From NCBI GenBank assembly GCA_965207885.1, contig OZ242311.1, positions 4,352,001 through 4,416,000 of the forward strand: 64,000 nucleotides of DNA, read 5' to 3'. This DNA is from Candidatus Latescibacterota bacterium (GTDB taxonomy: Bacteria > Latescibacterota > UBA2968). The position numbers were made by a program, and so were the translations under genes. Positions 27,461-37,401 of the stretch are shown here, piece after piece (position 1 is the stretch's first letter; the number at the start of each line of letters is the position of its first letter). Under the pieces are notes generated by a model that was not told where the DNA came from, ran no database searches, and saw only the letters and a program-made list of their open reading frames with translations.

Positions 27461-28786
27461 GTGATCGTCGATCTTCTCTACTTCCTTTTTGTCTTAGGCG
27501 TGCTGGTTTTTGTTCACGAACTCGGGCATTTTTTAGTCGCTAAAAAATCGGGCATCCGGGTTGAAACCTTTTCACTTGGCTTTCCACCCAAAGCGATAGG
27601 CGTGAAAATTGGCGAGACCGAATACTGCCTTTCGTGGTTGCCATTGGGCGGCTATGTGAAGATGGCCGGCATGGAAGATTTTGGTCACGAAGAGCGCAAG
27701 GGTAAGCCATGGGAAGTTCAGGCGAAGCCGCGCTGGATACAAATGGCGGTGCTCATCGCTGGTCCAGCAATGAACTTTTTTCTTGGCTTTTTGCTATTGC
27801 TCATTTTGCGTATGTCGGCGGGCGAATACGCATTTTTGGACGATTCGCGCGTGGGTGAAGTTAAGACAGACTCGCCCTTGTATACGGCTGGGCTAAGGCC
27901 AGGAGACCGCATTTTGACCGTTGGAAATACAGCGGTAAATGACTGGGAAGAAATGGTAGATGCGTTTCTCCTTCAGACCGGTGACGTGGTGCCCGTTGAA
28001 ATTGAACGAATATCCGCCTACCGATCAGACATGACCGAGCGAATGATGATCTCTGTCGATTTGACCTCGCTTCCCCGCGAAGATCTGGGACTGGGATATT
28101 ATATGACCACAGAGGTCGGAGCCATAATGCCTGGAATGCCAGCCGCAGAAATTGGACTGCAACCGGGCGATGTAATTACATCGGCCAATGGTGTTCCAGT
28201 GACAATGTGGTGGGAGATGAGCCGCGAGATTTCTGCACAACCCGGTGTGGAAATCTCATTGACCTGGCAGCGCAATGGTGAAGAGATGACGAAGCAGATT
28301 ATTCCCGCTTCTCAAACTTTTAATGGCGAAACCGTGGGGCGCATTGGCATTGACTCGGCTTCCAAACGCAATCCCATTCCCTTTTTTAAGGCCGTACGCC
28401 GCAGCGCAGCAGAAACCATCAATTTGTCAACGGCTATTTTTGGATTTGTCAAACGCCTGGTCATAGGGCAAGAATCCAGCAGTGCTCTGGCCGGACCTGT
28501 GGGGATTTTCCAGATGGTGGGCCAAAGTGCTGAGCGCGGTTTTTCCTATCTGCTGTGGTTTATGGCCATGCTCAGCATTAACCTGGGCGTACTCAACCTG
28601 TTGCCCATTCCCATGCTCGATGGTGGCCATCTCACCATTCTTGCGATTGAAAGCATGATTCGCCGAGATTTATCTGCGCGGCACAAAGCCTGGCTCCAAC
28701 AAGCTGGATTTGCATTTTTACTCTTCCTGATTATTTACGTAACCTTCAACGATATCGGACGCATTTCCGGATGGTTTGGAAACTAA
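27461..28786 (+). CDS. rseP: RIP metalloprotease RseP with two PDZ domains
   Basis: 'VHELGH', 'PLGGYVKM', 'AGPAMN', 'NLLPIPMLDGG'. Confidence 0.95.
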   Translation: MIVDLLYFLFVLGVLVFVHELGHFLVAKKSGIRVETFSLGFPPKAIGVKIGETEYCLSWLPLGGYVKMAGMEDFGHEERKGKPWEVQAKPRWIQMAVLIAGPAMNFFLGFLLLLILRMSAGEYAFLDDSRVGEVKTDSPLYTAGLRPGDRILTVGNTAVNDWEEMVDAFLLQTGDVVPVEIERISAYRSDMTERMMISVDLTSLPREDLGLGYYMTTEVGAIMPGMPAAEIGLQPGDVITSANGVPVTMWWEMSREISAQPGVEISLTWQRNGEEMTKQIIPASQTFNGETVGRIGIDSASKRNPIPFFKAVRRSAAETINLSTAIFGFVKRLVIGQESSSALAGPVGIFQMVGQSAERGFSYLLWFMAMLSINLGVLNLLPIPMLDGGHLTILAIESMIRRDLSARHKAWLQQAGFAFLLFLIIYVTFNDIGRISGWFGN

Positions 28787-28808
28787 AGCTCCAGCCCACC
28801 TGTTAGAT

Positions 28809-28842
28809 AAAATCCCCCGCATTTTTTGTGGGGGATTTTTTT
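28809..28842. terminator. Intrinsic terminator after rseP
   Basis: AAAATCCCCCGCA / TGTGGGGGATTTT followed by further Ts. Confidence 0.8.
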
Positions 28843-28865
28843 ATTTGCAACCAGTCCACAGCCTC

Positions 28866-29225
28866 TCACTTCTCACCTTTCTTTGTCGTCTTTTGAAATG
28901 CCTTCATCTCACGCTCTGCTGCCTCGCCAAATCGCTGCTGAATCAGGGCAATGAGCGCATCCCATTTTTCGGGGTGATCCCGACGATCTTTGAGAAATTT
29001 CTCAATATCGGCTTGTGTAATACCATGGCGTTTGAACAGTTTTTCTCGTTCCACCAGCAATGAATCGGACGCGTGTACATAACGGTGGTGAAGTTCCAAC
29101 GCGTCTGCAAATAGCTCGATAAATTTTTTATCCGATAGCTTTGGCGATGCCCCGGGGTACAACTGTTCATCGGGCGCGCATCCGACCGTGCCGAGTACAA
29201 CACACCAGAGGAGCAATCTTTTCAT
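28866..29225 (-). CDS. Hypothetical lipoprotein (DUF4296-like)
   Basis: MKR + hydrophobic stretch + lipobox TVGC; 'LFKRHGIT....F......HPEKW'. Confidence 0.6.
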   Translation of the reverse strand: MKRLLLWCVVLGTVGCAPDEQLYPGASPKLSDKKFIELFADALELHHRYVHASDSLLVEREKLFKRHGITQADIEKFLKDRRDHPEKWDALIALIQQRFGEAAEREMKAFQKTTKKGEK

Positions 29226-29364
29226 AACAGAGTTCCAGGGAGAATCCCACAGAGGTCCTTCCGCAATTCCCTCAAAGTACGCCACAATAACGCATATATA
29301 AATAACTTATTTTTTCTATATAAAACAATTGACTTTTGAAACGCGAATTACTAATTTAAGCCAA

Positions 29365-29391
29365 GTGGCATATTGTGGTGGATTGTGGTGG
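29365..29391 (+). promoter_or_regulatory. MraZ-binding direct repeats (dcw boxes)
   Basis: GTGG at 29365, 29375 and 29385 (10-bp period) upstream of mraZ. Confidence 0.75.
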
Positions 29392-29451
29392 ATTTTAATT
29401 TTTTATATATTACTTTGAAAAATAACAACTTAGCTCCCTCAGGCCTCTCAG

Positions 29452-29898
29452 ATGTCCGATAACTGCCCAGAGTTTTATGGCGACTTTGAAAATATCCCCA
29501 TCGATACCAAGGGTCGCTTAATTGTCCCAGCAGCGTTTCGGAACGCACTGCCCAATGGCGTAAGTTCAATTATTGTCACGCAGTGGTTTGATGGCTGTTT
29601 GGCCGCGTTTGACCCCGATGGATGGCGGCGGATCATTGATCAACTCCGCAACATGGGACACTCGCAAGTTCAGTCAAGACAATTAGTTAGAGCAATGGCG
29701 GGGCGTGCATCTGAAGTAAAACTCGACCGCCAGGGGCGTGCATTGATCCCCCGAAAACGTCTGGATTCGGTCGGTATTACAGATCGGGCAACGCTGGCAG
29801 GCGCCGTTGATTGTATTGAAATTTGGGATCCGGATAAGTATAACGAAGCCCAAAATGCCGTCAATATGGAAGAGATAGCAGAAGGTTTAGAACGGTAG
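29452..29898 (+). CDS. mraZ: Division/cell wall cluster repressor MraZ
   Basis: Two DxxGR motifs ('IDTKGRLIVP', 'LDRQGRALIP'), 'IEIWD'. Confidence 0.93.
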   Translation: MSDNCPEFYGDFENIPIDTKGRLIVPAAFRNALPNGVSSIIVTQWFDGCLAAFDPDGWRRIIDQLRNMGHSQVQSRQLVRAMAGRASEVKLDRQGRALIPRKRLDSVGITDRATLAGAVDCIEIWDPDKYNEAQNAVNMEEIAEGLER

Positions 29899-29975
29899 GA
29901 AATATTCCAAAATTAGGAATAAATATTCAGAATAAATATTCGAATATTTGATAATTAAATTAAAAACAATAAGTT

Positions 29976-30950
29976 ATGCACTACAAAGCCCCAGAGTATC
30001 ACGTTCCAATCTTGGGGCCAGATGTGTCAAAATATCTCATAACCGATCCCAATGGAATTTATGTCGATGCCACCTTGGGAGGGGGCGGACACGCTGAAAT
30101 TATGCTGAACCAACTGGGACCTGATGGCAAATTGATCGGCATTGACCGCGATCCCAAAGCTATCGAAGTCGCGGCAAAACGCCTGACTCCATTCAAAGAT
30201 CGCGTTTATACAATGCAAGCACCGTTTTGGAATCTCCGACACATTCTGGCCGAACATGGCCTTGAGACAATTACAGGCATTTTATTTGATCTGGGGATCT
30301 CATCTCACCAGATTGACAATGCCGACCGGGGGTTCAGCTTTCAACAACGCGGTGCGCTTGATATGCGTATGGGACCCGATGCAAAATGCACTGCCCACGA
30401 GGTGGTCAATTCGTATTCGCAGGAAAATTTGACCCGCGTCATTAAAACTTATGGTGAAGAACGCGCTGCTGCCCGCATTGCCCGGGCAATTTGTGAAAAC
30501 AGACCTCTTAATTATACAGACGATCTGGCCGATGTAATTGTGCGGCACAGTTATGGTCCTCGAAAGCAAAAGACGCTTGCGCGGGTATTTCAGGCGCTTC
30601 GCATTGAAGTGAACGACGAACTGACACACCTTGAAGACGCTCTTCAAACAGCTATTGATCTGCTCAAACCCGGTGGGCGCATTGGTGTTTTGTCTTACCA
30701 TTCGCTGGAACACCGCGCTGTCAAACGGGTTTTTGAACTGGGCACGCGCGATTGTATCGGACCTGTGGATCTGCCTTTATGCGCGTGTGATCGCCTGCCT
30801 GTATTGACCTTACCGAGAAAGCGAGCCATTCGACCAAATCGGGCGGAAATCGCCAAAAATCCACGGGCACGTAGCGCAACACTTCGCATGGCGCAACGCC
30901 TTGATGTTTCCGCTCAGCCCTGGTTATGCCATCAAGGACTACTGTCGTGA
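29976..30950 (+). CDS. rsmH: 16S rRNA m4C1402 methyltransferase
   Basis: 'YHVPI', 'VDATLGGGGH', 'DLGISS', 'LDMRM', 'FQALRIEVN', 'NPRARSA'. Confidence 0.96.
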   Translation: MHYKAPEYHVPILGPDVSKYLITDPNGIYVDATLGGGGHAEIMLNQLGPDGKLIGIDRDPKAIEVAAKRLTPFKDRVYTMQAPFWNLRHILAEHGLETITGILFDLGISSHQIDNADRGFSFQQRGALDMRMGPDAKCTAHEVVNSYSQENLTRVIKTYGEERAAARIARAICENRPLNYTDDLADVIVRHSYGPRKQKTLARVFQALRIEVNDELTHLEDALQTAIDLLKPGGRIGVLSYHSLEHRAVKRVFELGTRDCIGPVDLPLCACDRLPVLTLPRKRAIRPNRAEIAKNPRARSATLRMAQRLDVSAQPWLCHQGLLS

Positions 30951-31240
30951 CTTCAGAACCGCGCCCACCCTGGGGGATTTATCGCTCTGGTTTTTTATCG
31001 ATTATTCTCCTCGTTGCAGGATTACTGATTTATATGTGGGGACATGTGCAAACCCTGAGTCAGGGGCGTGAAATTGATCGGCTGAGTGAAGAGCGAAAAA
31101 ATCTTTTGAACCAGCAAGAGCGACTCCTGGCACGTACAGCGAGTTTGAAGCAGAGCAATCGCATTCGCGATATTGCCGTTCGAGAATTGGGCATGGTGTT
31201 CCCAAGTGATCCACCAAAAAATTTGTATTTGAGTCGATAA
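30947..31240 (+). CDS. ftsL: Cell division protein FtsL
   Basis: Single TM + coiled coil + 'IRDIAVRELGM'; position between rsmH and ftsI; GTG overlaps rsmH stop. Confidence 0.8.
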   Translation: MTSEPRPPWGIYRSGFLSIILLVAGLLIYMWGHVQTLSQGREIDRLSEERKNLLNQQERLLARTASLKQSNRIRDIAVRELGMVFPSDPPKNLYLSR

Positions 31241-33318
31241 TGAATAACCGCTTAAGAATAATCGCGTTTTTCTGTATGGGATTCGCACTACTTTTGGCGT
31301 TTCGGTTGGTTTCTCTACAAGTCTGGTCGGTAGAGACATACGCAGACCAGGCGCGCAGTCAGCATGTCAAGAAGCGGGTTTTACTGGCAGAAAGAGGACG
31401 CATTTTTGACCGACGCGGTCGGGTGCTGGCGACAAGTCTCGAATCCCAATCGTTCTTTCTCAATCAAATATCCGATAGAGACAGTCTGCGTGCGCTCGCC
31501 GTTCGGTTTTCTCAACAATCCGGACATGATGAGGCATCTCTCCTTGAAAAGGTAGATCGCTCGCGCTCCTTCGTATGGCTGGCTCGTCAGGTCATCGATG
31601 CACCGACCGGATTGCCAGAGGGGATCGGGCGCATTGTCGAGATGAGGCGCAATTATCCCATGGGTGCTCTGGCGGGTCAGGTATTGGGATATACCGATAC
31701 CGATGGACAGGGAATCGAAGGGATTGAACGCGCTTTTGATCCAATCTTGAGAGGCGAACCAGGGGAGTTATCCGCGCGCGTTGATGCGCGAGGACAAATG
31801 CTCAGCACACTCGGCGCAGTTCGGCAGATGCCTAAAAATGGCGATGACATCACGCTTACCATCGATGCCGATTATCAGGCTATTGCAGAAGAAGAGTTGC
31901 TAAAAGGCATGCAGAAATTCAATGCCAAAAGCGGCATTGCCATTGTGATGGAACCCCATACGGGCGAAATTTTAGCACTGGCAAACGCGCCCTTTTACGA
32001 TCCAAATGATTTTTCAAAATCAGAACTCTGGATACGGCGCAATCGGGCGGCGACCGATCAGTTCGAGCCGGGTTCGACCTTTAAGGTTGTGGCATTTGCC
32101 GCCGCGCTCGAAGCCGGTTTGGTCGAGCCAGAAGATAAAATCTTCTGTGAAAATGGCAGAATGCGTATTGCTGGCGGCAAAATACTTCGAGACTCACATC
32201 CCGAAGGCTGGCTGACCGTGCGAGAGGTGATGGAAGAATCGAGCAATATTGGCACGGCTAAAATTGCACGTAAAGTGAAAAAAGGTCCCTTGTATCGCCA
32301 GATGCGCTTGTTTGGCTTTGGTGCCAAAACAGGGGCGGATTTGCCGGGCGAAGTCGGCGGTCAACTTCGCCATCCAGATAAATGGTCGGCACGATCATTG
32401 GAAACCCTTTCCATTGGGCAAGAGATCGCCGTGACAGCCCTTCAGGTCGCCGCTGCTTATAGCGCGATTGCCAATGGGGGACGCTTAATGAAGCCGCGTA
32501 TTTTTTTAAGAGCTTCTCGCAAAGATTCCACAACGGATGAAGGATCGCCCAGACCCATTCGACGGGTAATATCGCTCGAAACAGCGCGCACTCTTACCAG
32601 TTTCCTCGAAGGCGTTGTCAGTCACGGCACCGGTAAAAATGCGCGCATATCCGGATATCGGGTCGCGGGAAAAACAGGGACAGCGCAACAAGTGAAAGAG
32701 GGACAACCCGGATACGATCCCAATCGCTATGTTCCGTCTTTTGTGGGTTTTTTGCCCGTTGAACGCCCCGAACTACTGTGCCTGGTAGCCATAGATAGTC
32801 CCAAAAGGATCCATTGGGCAAGTCTGGTTGCTGCACCCGTTTTTAGTAGCATTATAAAGCGAATTTTAAGCCTGCGGCAAACCCCTCTGCGCCATAGCGC
32901 GCCCCTGATTGAAGAACAGCCACCTCCGCCTCCTCGCGCCGACATTCATCTGGTGGGCCTTTCGCGAAAAGCTGCAACAGATGCTCTGAAACGTCTGGGA
33001 ATGACCTATCAAATTGCGAGCGAAGGAGACCGCGTTGTTGGACAGCATATCGACATTGAGGAAAATAATGTCTCGTTGTTTTTGGCTTCCGCGCCAATCA
33101 CCATCCCCGATCACCGCACAGAGACCAAAGGTTCTGAATCGCTTTACATGCCCGATGTGCGCGGAGCACCCGTGCGGCAGGCGGTTGCCCAATTGACACA
33201 GTTGGGGTTCCAGATCAAAATTTCGGGTAGTGGACGAGTAATCGCACAATCGCCCGAACCGGGTGTAGCCGTAAAACCGGGAACATTATGCACGGTCGAA
33301 TGCAAACGAGAAAGTTGA
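31240..33318 (+). CDS. ftsI: Class B penicillin-binding protein FtsI with C-terminal PASTA domains
   Basis: 'ERGRIFDR', SxxK 'EPGSTFK', SxN 'SSN', 'KTGTAQ'. Confidence 0.93.
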   Translation: MNNRLRIIAFFCMGFALLLAFRLVSLQVWSVETYADQARSQHVKKRVLLAERGRIFDRRGRVLATSLESQSFFLNQISDRDSLRALAVRFSQQSGHDEASLLEKVDRSRSFVWLARQVIDAPTGLPEGIGRIVEMRRNYPMGALAGQVLGYTDTDGQGIEGIERAFDPILRGEPGELSARVDARGQMLSTLGAVRQMPKNGDDITLTIDADYQAIAEEELLKGMQKFNAKSGIAIVMEPHTGEILALANAPFYDPNDFSKSELWIRRNRAATDQFEPGSTFKVVAFAAALEAGLVEPEDKIFCENGRMRIAGGKILRDSHPEGWLTVREVMEESSNIGTAKIARKVKKGPLYRQMRLFGFGAKTGADLPGEVGGQLRHPDKWSARSLETLSIGQEIAVTALQVAAAYSAIANGGRLMKPRIFLRASRKDSTTDEGSPRPIRRVISLETARTLTSFLEGVVSHGTGKNARISGYRVAGKTGTAQQVKEGQPGYDPNRYVPSFVGFLPVERPELLCLVAIDSPKRIHWASLVAAPVFSSIIKRILSLRQTPLRHSAPLIEEQPPPPPRADIHLVGLSRKAATDALKRLGMTYQIASEGDRVVGQHIDIEENNVSLFLASAPITIPDHRTETKGSESLYMPDVRGAPVRQAVAQLTQLGFQIKISGSGRVIAQSPEPGVAVKPGTLCTVECKRES

Positions 33319-33321
33319 GAT

Positions 33322-34776
33322 ATGCGTCTGCGAGAACTGCTATCCGACGTGCCAAATGTCGTGAGGATGCGTGGAAATAATCCCGATATCGGGGGTATTG
33401 CAACCCATTCGGGGCGCGTCAAAGAAGGCGATGTATTTGTCGCACTCAGTGGCGATGGCAGCATTCCAGATCGACATCCATTTATTTTTCAGGCGGTTCA
33501 GGCAGGTGCTCGAGCCGTTGTTGCCGAACGCGATGTCGATGTAGGGGATAAGGCTTTTGTTCAAACGACCAACACGCACCGTGCACTTGCACATATTGCC
33601 CGTCGTTTTTACAACAGACCGTGTGAACAGTTGAAAATGATCGGTGTTACGGGCACCAATGGCAAAACATCGACCGTTTATCTCATCCGCGCGGTGCTCG
33701 AAATGGCTGGTCTCGCACCGGGTTTGATTGGAACCATTGAACACGACCTCGGCACAACACGCGAAATATCGCACAATTCTACACCACAGGCACACGACTT
33801 ACACCGCATGTTTCGCGTAATGGTCGATGCAGGATGCCGGTCAGCCGCGATGGAAGTGACCTCACACGGACTGGCGCAAAACCGCGTGTTGGGCATTGAT
33901 TATGAAGTCGCGGTATTTACTAACCTGACGCGCGATCATCTGGATTATCACAATACGCCTGACGCCTATTTGGCCGCCAAGGCACGGCTCTTTGACAATC
34001 TCAAACCAGATGCTTATGCAGTCGTCAATACAGACGATGCGGCATCAAAAATATTGATAAAAAAATGTTCGGCACACTTGTTGAACTATGGCCGCGCAGA
34101 AGATGCGACAGTGCGCATCTTAGAGGGTAGCACTTCGCAGGACGGTACGCGGCTTTGCTTGCAAACGCCGCACGGTCAGATGGACCTGAAACTCGCACTT
34201 CAGGGCGATTTTCAGTTGTATAATGTCACTGCGGCTGTCACTACTGGCCTCGCATTGAAGATCGAACCTGATATCATCGCAGATGCTTTGCGCGACATTC
34301 GGATTCCAGGTCGTTTTGAAGGCATTGATTGCGGGCAAAATTTTGGGGTATTTGTCGATTATGCACACGCGCCAGATGGACTAAAAAATGTGCTACAAAC
34401 CGCGCGCGCATTTGCCCGAGGGCAACTGATTTGCGTATTTGGATGCGGCGGGGACCGCGATAAGGGCAAGCGACCTGTGATGGGCGGCCTATCTGCACGG
34501 TTGGCCGATCTATCTGTAGTGACATCAGACAATCCTCGCACCGAAGACCCCGATGCCATCATTGCCGATATTTTGCCCGGTCTGGGGGATGCCCCACACA
34601 TCGTTGAATCCAATCGCCGACGGGCAATAGAAAAGGCCATTGCAAAAGCGCGAGCGGGCGACCTCGTGCTCATTGCGGGCAAAGGACATGAAAATTATCA
34701 GGAAATCAATGGGATTAAAACCCCTTTTGACGATCGGGAAGTTGCACGGGAAATACTCAAGTGCAAAGTGGGGTGA
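33322..34776 (+). CDS. murE: UDP-MurNAc-tripeptide synthetase (meso-DAP-adding)
   Basis: 'GVTGTNGKT', 'FTNLTRDHLDYH', 'VDYAH', 'DNPR' (DAP specificity), 'AGKGHE'. Confidence 0.96.
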   Translation: MRLRELLSDVPNVVRMRGNNPDIGGIATHSGRVKEGDVFVALSGDGSIPDRHPFIFQAVQAGARAVVAERDVDVGDKAFVQTTNTHRALAHIARRFYNRPCEQLKMIGVTGTNGKTSTVYLIRAVLEMAGLAPGLIGTIEHDLGTTREISHNSTPQAHDLHRMFRVMVDAGCRSAAMEVTSHGLAQNRVLGIDYEVAVFTNLTRDHLDYHNTPDAYLAAKARLFDNLKPDAYAVVNTDDAASKILIKKCSAHLLNYGRAEDATVRILEGSTSQDGTRLCLQTPHGQMDLKLALQGDFQLYNVTAAVTTGLALKIEPDIIADALRDIRIPGRFEGIDCGQNFGVFVDYAHAPDGLKNVLQTARAFARGQLICVFGCGGDRDKGKRPVMGGLSARLADLSVVTSDNPRTEDPDAIIADILPGLGDAPHIVESNRRRAIEKAIAKARAGDLVLIAGKGHENYQEINGIKTPFDDREVAREILKCKVG

Positions 34777-36152
34777 TGGGTTATATGGAAGGACTAACGC
34801 TATCAGATGTAATTGAATCAACCCGAGGCCACTGGACCGGAAGGAATGAGCCCTCCGCTATTGTACCAACAGGGGTCAGTATTGATACGCGGACACTCAA
34901 ACCAGGCGAAATTTTCTTTGCATTGCCCGGCGAAAAGGTCGATGGTCACCAATTTTTGGACGCTGCATTTGATAGGGGAGCCTGTGCTGCAGTGGTTATC
35001 AGATCTGGTGCTCGAGAATCGCGGCAAGCACTGATCGCCGTCGATGCACCAGATTTAGCCCTGGGTGATCTGGCGCGGTTTTATCGCAGGCGTTTCGACA
35101 TTCCCGTTATTGGCATTACGGGTAGCAGTGGCAAAACCACCACTAAAGATATGGTCGCTGCTGTTTTGAGCACTCGGTATCGGGTTTTGGCTACACAGGG
35201 AAATCTCAATAACAGACTGGGAGTGCCGCTCACCTTATTCAAATTGTCAGCCCATTGCGATGTCGCAGTTATTGAAATGGGCATTAGCGAACGCGGCGGG
35301 ATGCGCTATCTGTGCGAAATTGCGCAACCAACCATCGGCATGATAACCAATATCGGACCAGCACATATCGAGTTTTTCGGCTCTGTAGAGGGTGTGGCAA
35401 AAGCCAAAGGGGAACTTCTGGAATATCTAGACGAGTCTTCTATGACTATCTTGAATCTCGATGACCTGTTTTTGTCCAAGGAGCGAGCAAAAGTTAAGGG
35501 GAGACTCCTGGGCATTGGCATCGAGCAGATATGTCAGTTTCGTGGGGAGGGACTCAAACTGGATCAGAAGGGCTTTGGTCATTTCTCTCTACAGGGCCAT
35601 TCTTTTCACCTATCAATTCCGGGCAAGCACAATGTGTATAACGCGCTGATGGCCGCAACGGCAGGTTGGGCTCTCGATGTGCCCCTACAAGATGCGGCAA
35701 GAGCACTTGAAAATTTTACGCTGACCAAATTGAGAAGTCAGGTACTGGAACACAATGGGATCCGCATGATCAACGACACGTACAACGCCAACCCCGCGTC
35801 GATGCGGGCAGCCCTTGAGACCCTATCGCAAATTGAGGTGGATGGTCGTCGGATTGCAGTAGTAGGCGATATGCGGGAATTAGGAGCAATGACCTACGAC
35901 GCACATCGGGAATTGGGGCGCGAAGTGGGCAATCGGCAAATTGACGCACTTTTCGCGCTGGGCGACCTGGCGCCAGTCGTCGTTGAAGGGGGACGCGAAG
36001 CAGGCATAGATCAGGCGTGGGCTTATGCAGATCGGGATGCGTTAACCGGGGCATTGCAGACTTATTTGAAACCCGGAGATTTGATGCTCATCAAGGGATC
36101 GCGCAGCATTGCAATGGAAAGAATAGTTACAGCATTGGGGTTTGAAATGTAG
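34776..36152 (+). CDS. murF: UDP-MurNAc-pentapeptide synthetase
   Basis: 'GITGSSGKTTTKD', 'GNLNNRLGVPLTL', 'NDTYNANP', 'GDMRELG', 'KGSR'. Confidence 0.96.
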   Translation: MGYMEGLTLSDVIESTRGHWTGRNEPSAIVPTGVSIDTRTLKPGEIFFALPGEKVDGHQFLDAAFDRGACAAVVIRSGARESRQALIAVDAPDLALGDLARFYRRRFDIPVIGITGSSGKTTTKDMVAAVLSTRYRVLATQGNLNNRLGVPLTLFKLSAHCDVAVIEMGISERGGMRYLCEIAQPTIGMITNIGPAHIEFFGSVEGVAKAKGELLEYLDESSMTILNLDDLFLSKERAKVKGRLLGIGIEQICQFRGEGLKLDQKGFGHFSLQGHSFHLSIPGKHNVYNALMAATAGWALDVPLQDAARALENFTLTKLRSQVLEHNGIRMINDTYNANPASMRAALETLSQIEVDGRRIAVVGDMRELGAMTYDAHRELGREVGNRQIDALFALGDLAPVVVEGGREAGIDQAWAYADRDALTGALQTYLKPGDLMLIKGSRSIAMERIVTALGFEM

Positions 36153-36195
36153 GACGAGGGGACCCCCCTCACCTCTTACTTCTCAACCTTATTTT

Positions 36196-37401
36196 ATGAC
36201 ACTGACAAACGAACAAAGATATGATCGAACCTGGATTCTGTTGCTGCTCATTGTGGTTATGCTGGTGGGCTTTGGTACAGTGATAGTGTATAGTGCCAGT
36301 TCTGGATTGGCACAACTGCGATTTGACAACAGCAATTTTTTTCTCAACCGCTGGGTCATTCGCATGGCCATCAGTTTGGTTGTGATGGTTCTGCTGATTC
36401 ACATAGACTATCGCGTCTGGCGCAAACAGGCGCGTTTGATGCTGGCGATAGCTTTTGCTTTTTTGCTCGTGGTGCTCATCCTTAAGCTATTTGGCATTGG
36501 CGGGGTGCGAGGTGCATATCGCTGGATACCATTGCCAGGTGGGCAATTTCAACCTGCCGACATGATGCGCATAGTTCTGGTGCTTTACCTGGCCGATTCC
36601 CTGACGCGCCGCCAGGATGTAATTGAAAATTTCAAATCGGGCTTTTTACCCCATGGCGTGGTAATCGGCACGGCAATGGTGATGATTTTGATACAACCCG
36701 ATTTGGGTACAGCGATGGCAATTGGGTTGGCCTGTGCCTTGATGCTCTATCTGGGCGGGGTGCGACTGCGACACCTCATGGCGACTTTCGCAGGTCTTTT
36801 ACCCGTTCTGTATGTGATTGTTTTTGTTTTTGGGTATCGCCGCGAGCGCGTAATGACGTTTATATTTCCCAGCGACGATGTGCAAAATACGGGCTATCAG
36901 ATCGCGCAATCCCTTCTCGCCCTGGGCAGTGGTGGATTTTGGGGCACGGGCCTGGGACAGGGCCAGCAAAAATATTTCTTTTTGCCTGAGCCTCATACCG
37001 ATTTTGTATTTAGCATTGTGGGTGAAGAGCTCGGTTTGTGGGGCACCCTGCTCGTTTTAATTTTATTTTTAATTTTTGGGAGGTGCGGATTTCGCATTGC
37101 CCGCATAGCCCCCGATACCTTTGGTTTTCTATTCGCTTCTGGCATTACTATTTCGATCCTGATTTATGCTCTGATCAATATGGGTGTAGCTACCGGATTG
37201 CTGCCTGTCACGGGACTTCCCCTTCCCTTTATCAGCTACGGTGGTTCATCCTTGATGTTTACACTCTCCGCGACAGGTGTGCTCATTGGCATTGGACGGG
37301 CGAGTACTCGACACAGAACCCGTCACTCACCTGCTACATCGCAAACCGTTCCCCGGCACGCGATGTATAAACGGCATCACCTCATCATTCCCCGACGTTG
37401 A
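36196..37401 (+). CDS. ftsW: SEDS peptidoglycan glycosyltransferase FtsW
   Basis: 'VYSAS', 'QPDLGT', 'GYQIAQSL', 'LPEPHTDFVF', 'PFISYGGSS'. Confidence 0.93.
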   Translation: MTLTNEQRYDRTWILLLLIVVMLVGFGTVIVYSASSGLAQLRFDNSNFFLNRWVIRMAISLVVMVLLIHIDYRVWRKQARLMLAIAFAFLLVVLILKLFGIGGVRGAYRWIPLPGGQFQPADMMRIVLVLYLADSLTRRQDVIENFKSGFLPHGVVIGTAMVMILIQPDLGTAMAIGLACALMLYLGGVRLRHLMATFAGLLPVLYVIVFVFGYRRERVMTFIFPSDDVQNTGYQIAQSLLALGSGGFWGTGLGQGQQKYFFLPEPHTDFVFSIVGEELGLWGTLLVLILFLIFGRCGFRIARIAPDTFGFLFASGITISILIYALINMGVATGLLPVTGLPLPFISYGGSSLMFTLSATGVLIGIGRASTRHRTRHSPATSQTVPRHAMYKRHHLIIPRR

